Assembly (NCBI GenBank): GCA_051530055.1
Contig: CM121341.1
Span: 13,680,784-13,744,783 of the forward strand
Direction: 5' to 3'
DNA from: Neoechinorhynchus agilis
Lineage: Eukaryota > Animalia > Acanthocephala
DNA length: 64,000 nt
The position numbers and the translations under genes are program-made. Numbering within the stretch: the first letter of the stretch is position 1; the number at the start of each line of letters is the position of its first letter. A model generated the notes under the pieces. The model worked only from the letters and a program-made list of their open reading frames with translations. It ran no database searches and had not been told where the DNA came from. Positions 1 through 12,317 of this stretch are shown in pieces.

Positions 1-74
1 AGAAAGTGGATTCCCAATCGCGCATGTAGATGTCGGCCAAGGTCGGAGCTAATGGCGATCCCATAGCAACACCT

Positions 75-1010
75 GCTGGCTTTTACTCGCCGCAACTAGA
101 CTGACAAAAAGAATAGCTACAATCTTCAAACGTATATAGAAATCATATTTGTGTAATTATTTCTCAAAGAAACTATGAAGTACTATTTCTTAAATGCTGT
201 CTAATCGTTTCTCAGAAATAGCTAAATTCGAAAATTAGCATTTAGAGGCAAAAACAAGAGATAAGAGACTTTGGTTTCCAGTATTTAAAAACAATTCATC
301 CTTCCAATGTTAAAATCGTGTGAAGACAGTTGCGCGCACGTCAAATATTCATCTTGCTAATCTGGCGAGTAAAAAAACTATTTAAAGACTAACGATCAGC
401 CACTTTGTATCCATGGCAACCAAAGTTCGCCTACAAATGCGATCCTTTGGAGGAGCAAAAAAAATGAAAGACCAGCAAGAAAACAACAAGTCAGTCGTAT
501 TTTCAGGAATAGATTCGGACGCTGACGTGTCGCTAAGACAGTCAGAATTTAACAAAAGCCCAGATATAAACTTGAAACTTGGTGCAATACTGGGAGCCGT
601 TGAGGGCAGAGTTCGGTTGGTTGAAATTACCATAGCAAGCGACGAGACAAAGGTCAGTATGAAAATGTTTGAAAATGCTTCGACGGAAAGGATTAAAACA
701 TTGGAGATCAACGTTGGTCACCTCAGTCGAGAGATCAGTGATTTGCAAATGGGCGACAGTTGTAGAAGCTATAGTTCCATTTCTCAAGATCGGAATTATT
801 GTTCAAGTTTTAAAAGACCTCCAAGACGTACGATGAGCTCATGTGAGCTACACTGTTCATGTGGAAAATCTGAGTGAAGTGAATTAAAAGGGGTATTTTT
901 CGACGATTTCCGTGAGCCGAGATGAATGAGCTAGCCAAAGTTCCAAACACTCATCTTAATAGATGATAAAAGCTGCTAAGATCACCGGGAAAATTCGCAA
1001 ATGTCTCGAA
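75..1010 (+). repeat. Copy 1 of a multi-copy unit; segment B (75-365) is joined to segment A (366-1010), permuted relative to the other copies
   Basis: 75-365 matches ~45487-45775 and ~56107-56395. 366-1010 matches ~44740-45380, ~55405-56005 and the truncated copy from ~63950. Confidence 0.9.
413..877 (+). CDS. Unknown multi-copy 154-aa protein with a short coiled-coil-like stretch; the only copy here with this part of the frame intact
   Basis: Uninterrupted ORF with near-identical paralogues at 44825-45250 and 55463-55876. No recognisable domain. Confidence 0.5.
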   Translation: MATKVRLQMRSFGGAKKMKDQQENNKSVVFSGIDSDADVSLRQSEFNKSPDINLKLGAILGAVEGRVRLVEITIASDETKVSMKMFENASTERIKTLEINVGHLSREISDLQMGDSCRSYSSISQDRNYCSSFKRPPRRTMSSCELHCSCGKSE

Positions 1011-1211
1011 CAGAATACACCTGATTTTCGTTGCCTTCGAATAATCTGGCACCTTCTAGCAAGCTCGTTTTTTAATTTAGGACAGGCCGATCTCCGATAT
1101 TTAGATGGATCATGGCCACCGTCCACTTGGCCCCCCAGTATGCCTCATAAACGCCAGGTCCTTTCTTTAATTTCAGCGATGAATTTCGAAATCTATCGTT
1201 GAAGTCGGCGG

Positions 1212-1688
1212 CTAATAATCGGCACTCTTCTTAACACTGCCGTTCAATGCAACACCTTTGAACTTATCCATGAGTACTACATCGAGTTCCAGGTCAGATT
1301 TCGAATTTGCTTGTACAGCAGCGCGTATTCCGACAAGAGCTGGTTTGATAGCTGCGGTGCTGCTCGCTGCCAGCATTTTCTGCTTAATACTAGCACCACT
1401 TGGGGCCCAACTAATAAATAGAAGATCACTTTGAGGACGTCTGTCTGCTTCATAGTGCAGAATGGTGACTGCGTATCCGACTTTGTTGTCCTGAAGCATT
1501 GATATGAGTTTATACCAGTGCTCATTTTGTTCGGTCACTGGACATGATTCTCGAGTTTCCTCGTGAGCCACTACGATCTTATCGAAAGACTCGGTGAATC
1601 CGTAGATCACGAATGAACTTCTCTTCTGCATTTTGAGACGGTTAAAGGCATCTATACATTCATTGTCGATCTTCACACCGCTGGACAT
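1212..1688 (-). CDS. ADF/cofilin actin-depolymerising factor, intronless CDS
   Basis: MSSGVKIDNECIDAFNRLK start, FISWAPSGASIKQKMLAASS motif and length are typical of ADF/cofilin. Confidence 0.95.
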   Translation of the reverse strand: MSSGVKIDNECIDAFNRLKMQKRSSFVIYGFTESFDKIVVAHEETRESCPVTEQNEHWYKLISMLQDNKVGYAVTILHYEADRRPQSDLLFISWAPSGASIKQKMLAASSTAAIKPALVGIRAAVQANSKSDLELDVVLMDKFKGVALNGSVKKSADY

Positions 1689-2789
1689 CTTAAAAACAGG
1701 AACAGGGCAGTGAGTGGTAGGCTACGTTTCGAAGTGGCGTTCTTTCGCCATTTTATACGAAACGGCGACAGAGGATAATCAGATACCTTTTAAGGGTGGT
1801 TCAATATTTTCCACTTAAGATACCAGTAACCCGTTTAGGATTGACTTTCGTCTTACAGAAGTTCATAACGATCATTGTAAATTGATCTTTCTTTAGAATA
1901 AACGTTATCTACCAACTAGCTCAAAGGTGATCTTAAAATCATGTTTTATTGAACAAAAACTCCACTGAAACCTTTCCGGAAAATGGTAATGCGATAGTCT
2001 TGTGGTCAAGGACTCGGTGGAACTATCGCAGAGGCACTACTTATATCCCGGGCGGTTGAAAGGGGAAGGGATGATATTTCCACAAACAATGCGAATGAGA
2101 GGTCTGGACATCAGCTAGACAAAGACTCAGAACTGCCGCGCACTCTCGAAAATAAAGTTTTTCTTTGTTATTACAATAGCCCGCTCAAGTGTCCATTTTC
2201 GAAAACAAAACGTGATCAATCAGGAGGCTTGGAAATAGAGTAGTATTTCACAAGACTCCGTTTTTAGCTTATAAACATATGGTGAGCTGTTTTTGAAGTT
2301 TCTCTTTAATTTTTTTAGACTAATTTGTGGCCAATCAATTGCTCAATGTGTCTAAGTAGAAGTCTATAAGAAAATGAATTTATGGATCATTAGAATTTCT
2401 AAGAAAGCAGGAAGCTTAATCTGCACTGACGAGACTCGGATTTAATTACGACCTTTAGGATGGCGTCTTTCAGTACTGAAGAAAGTGAAAAATGCTCAAC
2501 GAAAAGTGTTTTAAAGGTAAGAACTTCAGTCACGTGAAGAAGATATTTGACACACCTCAGTTTTGAGGAAAACCTGAAGAAATTCGGCCACTTAAATGGT
2601 GATTCAAATGACATATTTTAAAGTAAGTTCAATTGAAAATGCCGAGGCTTGTGGATACTTTTCACTTATGTAGGTAAGAGTGAATCTATAGACAAAAATG
2701 TGATATTTCAATTATATGGTCCAACTACACGGACTTGGATCGCAATTATTACTTTCTCTTTGGCATCGAGACAATCAGATCGTTCGGTA

Positions 2790-2965
2790 CCTGGTTAAAC
2801 AATTGTTAAAGAGGAAAAAGACGAATCACTGGCGATCAGAGGGCAGGAGCATTCCTCCTACAAAACATAAGTCTACCCCTTCACCAAGGAACGCTGCATC
2901 GGTCCCTTCAACCATTGAGCCAGGACGGCAGCTGAGTGATCCGGAGCGGTGGCGTGGATGTTTAT
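2790..2965 (+). mobile_element. Decayed 3' fragment of the CRE-like non-LTR element
   Basis: Encodes remnants resembling the ...TGDQRAGAFLLQNISL... and GNAAS C-terminal motifs shared with the other copies. Confidence 0.5.
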
Positions 2966-3676
2966 AAACTCTTCTGGACAAAAAATAAAGAATTACCCCT
3001 CGTGACTCTCCATTCTATGATCTGACTAAAAAGAGTAATTAATTCCGCAAAATTCTGTTTCCACGAGCGGCTCGATATTCTCTAAATGTACCTTAGTAAA
3101 AGTAACGGGAAGGAGAGCAAGTGCTCAGTGAAAGGAACTCTACCGAAAAGGATGATATTAGCTTTAGTAGTAAGCTATAACCTGTATGCTGGAGAAATAG
3201 AATCCTCACCGTGCTTCTCTGCTAGGGATGGTAGGAGATAATGACGAATCAGAGGTGTAGTGTTGGTGTATGCAAAGAGAAATCGAGACACTCATGCGCT
3301 GTTAGAGACTGTCTGAAACGTTGACGGGATTTTGGATGTACCTCCTCTGAGACAGCGCAATACAATACGAAAAAGTTAAGGATGATTCTGTTTACCTAGT
3401 AGCAGGACGGCTATACCTGTGACCAGAGGATAATATGAAATAGGGGTTTGGGATCTAAAGCTCTATTGCTCTGGTAGTTATTGGAGAATTTGGCGGATAT
3501 CGAAAAACGTATGATGTGTATTTAGCTCGATTAGAAAGATATTGTCATGACTTTTGGACAAAAGATCGGCCTTCTCCATTTAACACGATCTTTAAAAAGT
3601 CAAAATTATCATATTCCCATGGCAACCGTCTTTTCGAGTTCAATCGCGACAATTTATTTTCAGGAACAGCGTAACG

Positions 3677-4324
3677 ATGGATAAAGATAATAGTAAAGAA
3701 AGTATTCATCGGACTAATCACGAGCAACAGGCTGGTTCAGCCGCATCCCTTGTAGCCTCTCGGGGGCCGCAAATAATTGGATTTGTAAAACTAAGTGATT
3801 TTACTGATGTTCAAAAAGCTCACGAAGTTACTCAATATCCATTGAACTTTCTCAAGAGTTTATATACACGCTTCTTGAACAATTTTCCAAGAGGGGAAAT
3901 TAACCGACGAGAGCTAAAAATTATACTTACTGATCTCTCTTTCGGTTTACGTAAGTCATCTCCATTTTCTTTAGAACTAATCACAGCTCTTAATTTAGTT
4001 TTATTAAAAGATCGCGCCGATGATTTTGTCGATTATTTGTTTAGACGATTTAAATCCGATAAAGACATATTACGATTCGACGAACTGATGATCCTCTTGT
4101 TTTCTTTATTTGACAATCACTTACATGATAGATTGAATTTGATATCGTTGGCTCTTAGCAATGACAGGAACGTTGTAAAAATCTCTGATATTCACTTTAT
4201 AAGTCGAATCGTTGGTAAAACGCGTTCTATTGACTTTACCGAAGAACGTTTTACAACATTGGGCGATTCCATTAAAGTGGACGATGTGATTGATATTTTT
4301 TGTCTTCATCGTAATGCAGAATAA
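3677..4324 (+). CDS. Divergent neuronal calcium sensor / KChIP-like EF-hand protein with degenerate loops, intronless
   Basis: LYTRFLNNFPRGEINRRELK...FVDYLFRRFKSDKDILRFDELMILLFSLFDNHLHDRL follows the recalled NCS/KChIP fold pattern. Confidence 0.6.
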   Translation: MDKDNSKESIHRTNHEQQAGSAASLVASRGPQIIGFVKLSDFTDVQKAHEVTQYPLNFLKSLYTRFLNNFPRGEINRRELKIILTDLSFGLRKSSPFSLELITALNLVLLKDRADDFVDYLFRRFKSDKDILRFDELMILLFSLFDNHLHDRLNLISLALSNDRNVVKISDIHFISRIVGKTRSIDFTEERFTTLGDSIKVDDVIDIFCLHRNAE

Positions 4325-4770
4325 AGTCTCTTTCTCTCTGTTGTTTAGTTTGCGAATGAATCCGAAATCATTCGCAAATCTTGCCGCTTATCGCGAGCCT
4401 ACTGCGTTTTTGTTAATTTACAATACACATTAAAATAATGTCGAATTGCTTCTGATCGTTTCGGTGAAACCACTTTAACCCTTCTTCAAACATACAAGAC
4501 TAGCTCGAAATCTAACCGCTGCCGTCAATTTTTAGTATTTTCCATGCTGATATTTTTTAAAGTACACTTCATGAACTGAACGATTGATACGTTGACCTTT
4601 CCCGGCGCTTTCTTATGCGACGAGAATATTAGCTTGCTTCATTCGCGCTTTTGTGTTTTATGCTTATCGCATATTAAAAGTGCTGATATTCACAGCTCGA
4701 AATGTGCGAGTTAATCACTATTTATGATTGTTATAAATTTGATTCCCCGATCTGACCAGCACAACTCACC

Positions 4771-5135
4771 TGCCGTCCTGTTGTAACGGTCGAAAATACG
4801 GATGCAGCGTTCCCTCGTTGTACAGCCAGACTTATGTTATGTTCAATCTCTTGGACAATTGCTTGACCGGGTCATACGCCGCGATATCAAACGGCCCGAG
4901 TGTCTCGACGCCAAAAGGAACGAAGTAATGATTCCGACTCAGGTCCCTGCATTTTGCCTTTTTGCGTTCCTCAGCGGCGGTGGCTACTTCCCATGGTTTA
5001 ACGGCGGCGAGTTTTATGTTGCTGGCTGCGAGCGTGGCGTCCCAGCGAAAGCATTTTCCTTCTCGCCACGGGAATACTGTGACACCGTCCGGTCTACGGC
5101 CATCGAGTCGGCAAAGATTTCTCGGTTCTAGAACG
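4771..5135 (-). mobile_element. CRE-like non-LTR retroelement 3' fragment (restriction-like endonuclease)
   Basis: LEPRNLCRLDGRRPDGVTVFPWREGKCFRWDATLAASN...[11 protein letters not shown] (RPDG/WD PD-(D/E)XK-type motifs). Confidence 0.85.
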
Positions 5136-5694
5136 TTTAGTTTTAAATTGAAATGCACAACTCTATTTGGTTAACGGCACTGAGCCTCTTTAATGTATTA
5201 CGATAAAGAATTTTAATTTTAACACGTAAACATCGGATTTTTTTTATTAGGAATAGATCTAATCTATGTTGAAGCAAGAAAAACTGAAAATTGCCAAAAA
5301 GACGTAATTTTAGAAATCAAAGCAACATACGTTTCCTCGGCAATCTACCAATTAGCCCGTCTAAATTTCTTATGCCAAGCCGAAACAAGCTCGAGATTTA
5401 CGACATCCTTATTTAGGCAAAAGTTGTTAAAATTACTTGTTCAGGTACAAAGAAGTATTCAATGCGTGTTAAAAAGTCAAACGAGCGACTGAAACCACTT
5501 GATTTGTTAGCTAACTGTAAGTCTTATATATAAATGAGAATAACATCACAAAATCCAAACGATGTTTCTTTTCACAGTGTCGATAAATCTTTTTTTCGTA
5601 ATGATTGTTTCTCATGAAACGTAAAAATTGTTAAGTAATATGCATACTTTTAAAAATATTGATTTAGTTAAGACAAAATATCTCGCTAGCAGTA

Positions 5695-5775
5695 CAACGG
5701 GGCAATGCTGCCAGCATGATGGCGACGGTCGAGGAAGGACAAAAGCTGGAATTCGGCGGGAGGTGGTGAGTGTGT
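5695..5775 (+). mobile_element. CRE-like element extreme 3' end fragment
   Basis: GGCAATGCTGCCAGCATGATGGCGACGGTCGAGGAAGGACAAAAGCTGGAA matches the termini at 14800-14890, 24715-24800 and 60570-60640. Confidence 0.75.
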
Positions 5776-6188
5776 TAATTGTCGAGAGATGAAGATTGAT
5801 TGAATACATTTATCATTTTAGAAGTTTATTGATATAGGAAAATAAAGATGCGCATGAAATCTAGGAAACTTGCAATGCCACAAGTTTGGTCTCGGTGAAT
5901 TTTTCGGAGCAATGATTTGAGAAGATCCAGTTTTATTTACCTAGCGCGATTGCGGCAAGAAATGCGTATTGCAACGTTCAATGGTAATCTGAATACTAAA
6001 GTGGAATGGTTGATGTCTCTAGTTTCACGTGAATAACATTGAGCATACCACAATCTCAAACATATGCGATCAAATTAGCACATTTGATTTTCAAAAAATT
6101 TACAAACCCTTTCGTTTTTTGTGTTTTGGAAAAAGCTCCAACGTTCAGTGCAACCAGATCTGGTTCACTTTAGTCTTTTTGTTGAACA

Positions 6189-9100
6189 CTAAACTTTGAA
6201 ATGCAGAACAGCATTCGCAGCGGTATTTTTAGTGTCCGAGAAAGGTGACACCTCCTCAGTGGGCGTCGTCTCACTATGCAGTCGTGCACCCTTTAGAGCT
6301 GCGAGTATCTCAGCGAACGTTGGCCTGTCGCAAGGTGATTCATACCAGCATTCAAACATCAACGCCCGAATGTGCGGGGACTGTGTGGCTGGAGCTTTAA
6401 GAAGGTTACGATCTCGAAGCCGTTCAATCACTTCGGGGTTTGTATGTCCATCATAAGGCCTTTCTCCGCGTGAGTAAAGTTCCCAAATTAGAACACCAAA
6501 GCTCCATACGTCCGATTGAGTAGTCGATATTCCACTGACCACAGCTTCAGGTGCCATCCACCGAATAGGGAGTAGTTGAAGACTTGGGGAAGCCGACGCG
6601 GAGCTCATTGGAGCCGATATCCGATAATAATCACGCATATATTGACTTCGGCATCTGCCAATATCAAATGAAAGCTTAGCTGACTGTCGAGACTCGTCTA
6701 CTAAGACATTTCTGGCTGCAATGTCTTTATGAACCATTTGCCGACCACTTAAGTACGTCATGGCTGAGGCGACCTGAATGAGCAATGGAAATAGTTCAAC
6801 AGTAGTTGAATCTCCGTCGGAGATGAGCTCATTGAGGTCAAATGGTAGATGATCGAACAATGTTGCAGGAGGATCCGAGCAGAATCCGAGTAGGTTGCAC
6901 AGATGTGGATGTCTCACTGGACTGGAGGTGAGAGCACCGGAATCCGCTAAGAATTGGTCTAAGCGATTCGAGTCTTTTAAGGTCTTTATAAGACATCGCT
7001 GCGATTTAGACGGAGTAGGCATTATCTCACCGATAAAACAAGGTCCGTATCGACCTTGACCAAGTTCAAATAAAAATCGAATGTGATGATACGGAATTTC
7101 CTTGCACCCATTTGACCCCAAGTCGTCTGCATTTGGTGGATGTGACAGGCTATTTCCGACAGATTGTAATGGACTATTACAGTTGTCAGTCATTGGATGC
7201 CGCGACCTGCGATTAGCAAGACAGCTTGAAATAGTCGGACGAATAACGGCCGAAGCTATAACAGGTGGACTAGGTCTTGCTAACATCCTGTCCGGAAACA
7301 CCATTGGGTCCCGTAGATACGAAGGACCAGTTGAACCCATCGACGTCCCTTGACTTGGATACCGTCTATTTTCAAGTAGTTCCGAGCACTCATCAGGAGG
7401 ATGATTAGATAGAAAAGTTGTTCCGAATGAAGTTTGACGTTTTGTTGATCCAACCAAACTACGTTTTGAATTGTTTGATTTTTTCTTCTGAACGGGATTT
7501 CGCCATTTTTTGCAACATAGAAGATACATAAATAAAAGAAGAAGTGCGAGTCCAGCCGGTACCATTATGCTCGGTAATATAACCATCCACAGTTCCGAGC
7601 GAATACCAGCGATAGATGATCCCGCTCCCGTTCCCGAAACAGCCGAACATTTTGGAATAGTGCAAGGTTCAGCGATAGGGTTTCGTTCTCCAAATCCAGA
7701 ATCGACAAAACACCAGGGTTTCCGTTCATCCAATCCATCTCGGGGGTGATGTCCGTAAGAGAAAGGAAACGAATGTATCGGGTTCCTGCAATACTGATGG
7801 TTACCTAATTCTGGATGAAATATGTAAGACAAATGAGCTACTTCTGGCTTATTTGAAGACACCACTGAGTTCCAAGGCAGACATGGTCGTCCACTTTGAC
7901 TCTGACTAATAACACCCAAGTACTCTGTAGTCGAATTGTAGCAATGATGATTGATCTTAGGGCCTAAATGTCGTAACTCGCTCAAGCTGAGACAATCAGC
8001 ATGGCTGCTGCTAGGTGGAAGTTCAGTACAAGTAGGTATTTTCATTCGTTTAAATGGATTAGAAAGTAAAGAAGATGGAGGTGAAGGTAACTTTGCCCGA
8101 GATGACTTTGAATTTTTATACCAGTTATCGACCTTAAGTCACCCAGACCGATCGCTGATGTACATGCGTCTTTTTCAATATATAAGCAGTCTGAAAGGCA
8201 CAGTTGACGTACTCTTGGCCTTTTTAACAGAGGCACAGGATGGACACTTTCATCACAAAGTGGAAATGCGTTGATACAAGCGAGAAACATCGTGGCTTCT
8301 TTACAGGGATCTCGAGCGGCCAACATTGACCCCGTAGGGTTGAATGAAATTGCCGTCGACGATTGGCGGTGATCAAAGTCTGATCCAGCACTCGCGAGAA
8401 GGCGTTCAGTATTCTCCTGCTGAGTGGCGCTGGTCACATAGATCATCCTACTGCCAATTAAGTGCCGGCAGATCCTTCCACGATATGGCTCACAAAAGGC
8501 GTTAGAATCTGTATCATCGGCGAAATAGACTTTATTGGCGAGATCCGGTTTTTCAAGAGTATCATCATCACCACTGTTATTTGAAAAGATGATGAATGGG
8601 ATCGCTAGATTTTAGAAGAAAACACTGACCTATCGATAATTGTATCCTGATATGGCAGATCACCTAAATCAGAACGCTGAGAAAAGTCATAGTCTTCAGA
8701 GTGGTCACCCGAGTCGTATTCATTAAAATCTTCGGACTCATCGCCATAAATATTTTCTTCGTCGACAATTTCAGTCGAGTTTGACAACTTGGACAAGGCA
8801 GTGTTCAAAGATTTCATTCGTTTCAGATTGCGCTCGTATCTATGCGTTTGGTGTTGGTGGTTGTCGAAGGTCAGCAGGCGTGTAAAATCGTTAATGGCAC
8901 CACGCGGCGACCGCAAGAGAGATATTGTGCCGATTAGCGTGTTTGGAATTGAAGGATGGCGCCGAGATTTAATGGATGTATTATGTCAGGAGGAGTATAG
9001 GCAGAAATGTTGTTCTCTCTGTAGTCCCTGAAAACATCTTCCTCCACCTGACGGGTTTTGTCGAACACGAACGCGGGGATATGCGTGATGGGTTGCAGAT

Positions 9101-9800
9101 GTGTCGGTTCCAGCCTAGAAAACAGGATCCGGTATTTATTTTTCTTAAGGGGCACCGATTGGTTCAAGGTATTCGGAATGGCTACAAAACCCCGGACACC
9201 GTTGGCGCGTACTTTTTGAGTATGTGTGTTCTGAATGTTTATTTGACCTGTTTCTCGTTTGGAAGGCATACAAAGAACGACAAAGGAAGTGCCGTTCTTA
9301 TCACGTGCAGTGTGTGCCCGAATCCCTTCCTCCACTTCAGTTCGTCTGTGTATGCGAGAACGAGATGAATAAAACTGACAAATTGGAGCGCCGCACCAAG
9401 TTGACTCTATGTCGTTATTAATATTTGGCTAGTCAGTTGTCCCGGGTGACCACTGCGTCTCCCATACTTACCTAAATTCACTTTTACAATTGAGCTGGCC
9501 GCCTCTTGAATCAGTCCGTTGTTGCAGTCCACTTCACACCGGTAGGAAGCCGAATCCAGGACGTCCGGTTGAAAGATATTAAGTCGTGAGTAAATAGTAT
9601 TTGGTTGGTTGGAGTAGTTGGCGTGGATTGTGTATTTCAAAGAATGACGAATCGGAACTGAGTTGGCAAACCATCGAATCGTGCATTTGAGTGTGGGATT
9701 TAAGGAATCCGGTTTGAGATGGCAGGTGAGTTTGAGTACAAATCCTGTTTTCTCAACGATAGTAACGTTTTTCGGTCTTTCAATCCAAATGAATTTCGCC
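6189..9800 (-). CDS. ROR: Ror-family receptor tyrosine (pseudo)kinase: Ig, Frizzled CRD, kringle, TM, kinase. 5' exons upstream of 9800 and the Ig-CRD linker are unresolved.
   Basis: Ig exon 9800-9472; CRD (FCEPYRGRIC...AFPLCDE...LCLSDC); kringle (CYNSTTEYLG...HQYCRNP...PWCF); TM; kinase HKDIAARNVLV, LPIRWMAPE, SDVWSFGV. Domain order is diagnostic. Confidence 0.93.
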
Positions 9801-12317
9801 CTTTTTAGAAGGAATGAAGTGTAATCTTTTTCTATAACTCAAATTGTCCTTACATTTTTTGACTTTTGGCAAGGTTATTCCATGGGCATTGATTGGTAGG
9901 TTTGTCTGGGAACGAGGAGGGGGCGTATGTAGAGCAAATGTATAAACATTGGAGGTGCGTGCGTTAGGACATCGAGAGGTGCTCCTTTGGAGAGAAAAGT
10001 AGGATTTTCTAGAGATGATGTGTTTTGCGTCTTCTTTCAAAAGTCTAGAGTCATGCCACTGTCATTCAAAGGTCTTCTTAGTATTATCTCCTTTTTGTGA
10101 TGATGACAAGGCTGTCAGGGTATTTGTGCCAAATCCAGATTTGTTCAATCCATCGAGCGGATGTTCTTGTAAAGGCATATGACAATGAAAGTAAAAATGC
10201 GAACTCCTGTACTTTGAGGAAAATGCTCTAATGTTAGCTAACATGTATTATGTTTAGTCTCTTTACACATAAGAGGCGAGGATGGAACAGTTTTTCATAT
10301 CAGAAGAGGCTTCAGGTCATGCCATTTGTGCCCGCATGAGATACAATCAGTAATTTTGCTCGGACAGTGGAGCTGACAGGATCTGCCATGGGGCGGGAGA
10401 TTTATTAAAGAGCCAAAACCGACCACGAGAAGTATGCTCTGACATGGATTCATTTGAAGGGAAAAAGTGCCACGCCGTCAGATCATCTTTCATCGTATGT
10501 CAACAAAGATTGTTCGGTTCCCCTCTAGTGCTTTAATAGAGAATAGTATTCGCCTAGTACGGCTATACCCTTTTCCAAATAGAAAATATCAGTTAAACAA
10601 TACCTTATCGAAATGTGTAAACCTATCTAGTTTCTCGACATACCTACTAATCAGTGTTGATTCTGAAGAAACCACCAGAAAAGGAATATTAAGTACTCAG
10701 TGGAAACATTTTATAGAAGGCTTTACCTTTGGATAGCATAATATGGCCTAACAGCCTTACCAGCCGATAAGCGCTACGTTATGCGGAGGAAATGCGCTTT
10801 CTGGAAGTGCGGAATGTTCAGGATTAGGCTAAAAATATCACTTATTAATGCGGTTTCTCGTCCTGGGAATTCAACTAATTTTTAGTACCCTTATTTACGT
10901 TCCTCCTAGTTCACGGAGCTCACGAAAGGAGTGATGACTGTTGCTTTCAAAAACAAAAAGGATACCCATGCGGTTCCGTGTCATTAATAAATGAATATTC
11001 TGGCCTCGCAGGATGCCTGCAACATGGGGACGGTTATAATATTTAATGCCGAGTTGAACTTTCCATGACGGAGGACAGTGGCCTACGTGGTCGAAAACAA
11101 TAGATTTTGGTGTACTGATTAATCTAGTTGTCAAGGATTTAGTAGCCGTTTCTATTGGCTTAGCATGAAAAAATAAAAATCCATGGTGTCCTTATGATTT
11201 ATGTGCCCTTAAGGATGATAATGCCACGATTTAAAAAAGACTTCTATTGAGCACCTCTTAAGCTTTATTGAAAATACCTTCTCGATGAATCGGTTAAGCG
11301 GAAATGACAACGTTAATTTGCACTTATGGAGACATGAAAATGCCACTTTGTTTCCAAATATGAAGCTTGTTTGGTTAAAACTAATTTCTTACGAAATATC
11401 CGGTTTTATAATCTTTTTATAAAGGTAAAGTTAATTTATAAGAAACATCCATCTCCCCACCAATTCAATTGGGTTTTGATTAAATTAAAGAAATTCGAGA
11501 AGTAATTGACATTCTCACCCTAAGCAAGAAAAATCGTTATACATTTAAAAATTTAATCTTCCCTCAACGGAAATGGCTTAAAAAAATTCTAAAAAAATCA
11601 TACCCTCTAACACCAAACCAGAATAGATACTTCCTTATATTTGTGATCGGTTGAATGGAAGCAGACGGCATTTACTGTCCATCTAAAAATACAAAAGATT
11701 TCCCCGTTACATTAAAGGTTGCGTATAAACGTTATCATTATCATTTGAGATTACGCGACCCATCATTGTAATTCAAAGAATTCGAAAAAAGGAATTTCGT
11801 CATTGGAAAGACAACTTTTCCGCACTACATGTTTCTACTAAGCACAAATGCTTTCTGTCTTCATTGCCTCCGGGTAGAGACTGTGCTCGAGCCGGGTGAA
11901 TTTTCCGCAGGTATTAATATCAATCCATATCAGTCTTCGCATTCATAGTGGTGCACGCACCAGATTACGATTCCTTCTCTTTTTCTGAAAGCTTTTCCTT
12001 TCGTGTAAGTTACTACCACATCAAGAAAATAATCTCAGTCCAGATGCCAGATTAATCACTTGTTCGCCGTACTCATAGTGGATCCGTTGGCACCGATTGA
12101 AGAAATGCGTCTGCGGGATGCGTGCTCTAGTGGGTTTATACCCACCCACCCCCGTCGCCGCTAGCACCACAATTCGCTCTCATTTATACATTCGAATACG
12201 CGACTGAACGACACTGTCAGTCATTCCGAGAATGTTTTAATATTCCATTCTCATTAGTCTTTTTCAAAAGCACTAATGCGTACTCAACTTTTCAGAATTT
12301 ATTAAAAACCTGAAATA

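Noticed and set aside
3241-3324. MTNQRCSVGVCKEKSRHSCAVRDC resembles a piggyBac C-terminal Cys-rich domain
   Set aside because: Only 27 codons, with no DDD domain or terminal repeats found.
10895-12200. Short minus-strand frames, some Cys-containing, suggesting a secreted or cystine-knot protein
   Set aside because: No consistent exon chain or recognisable motif could be built.
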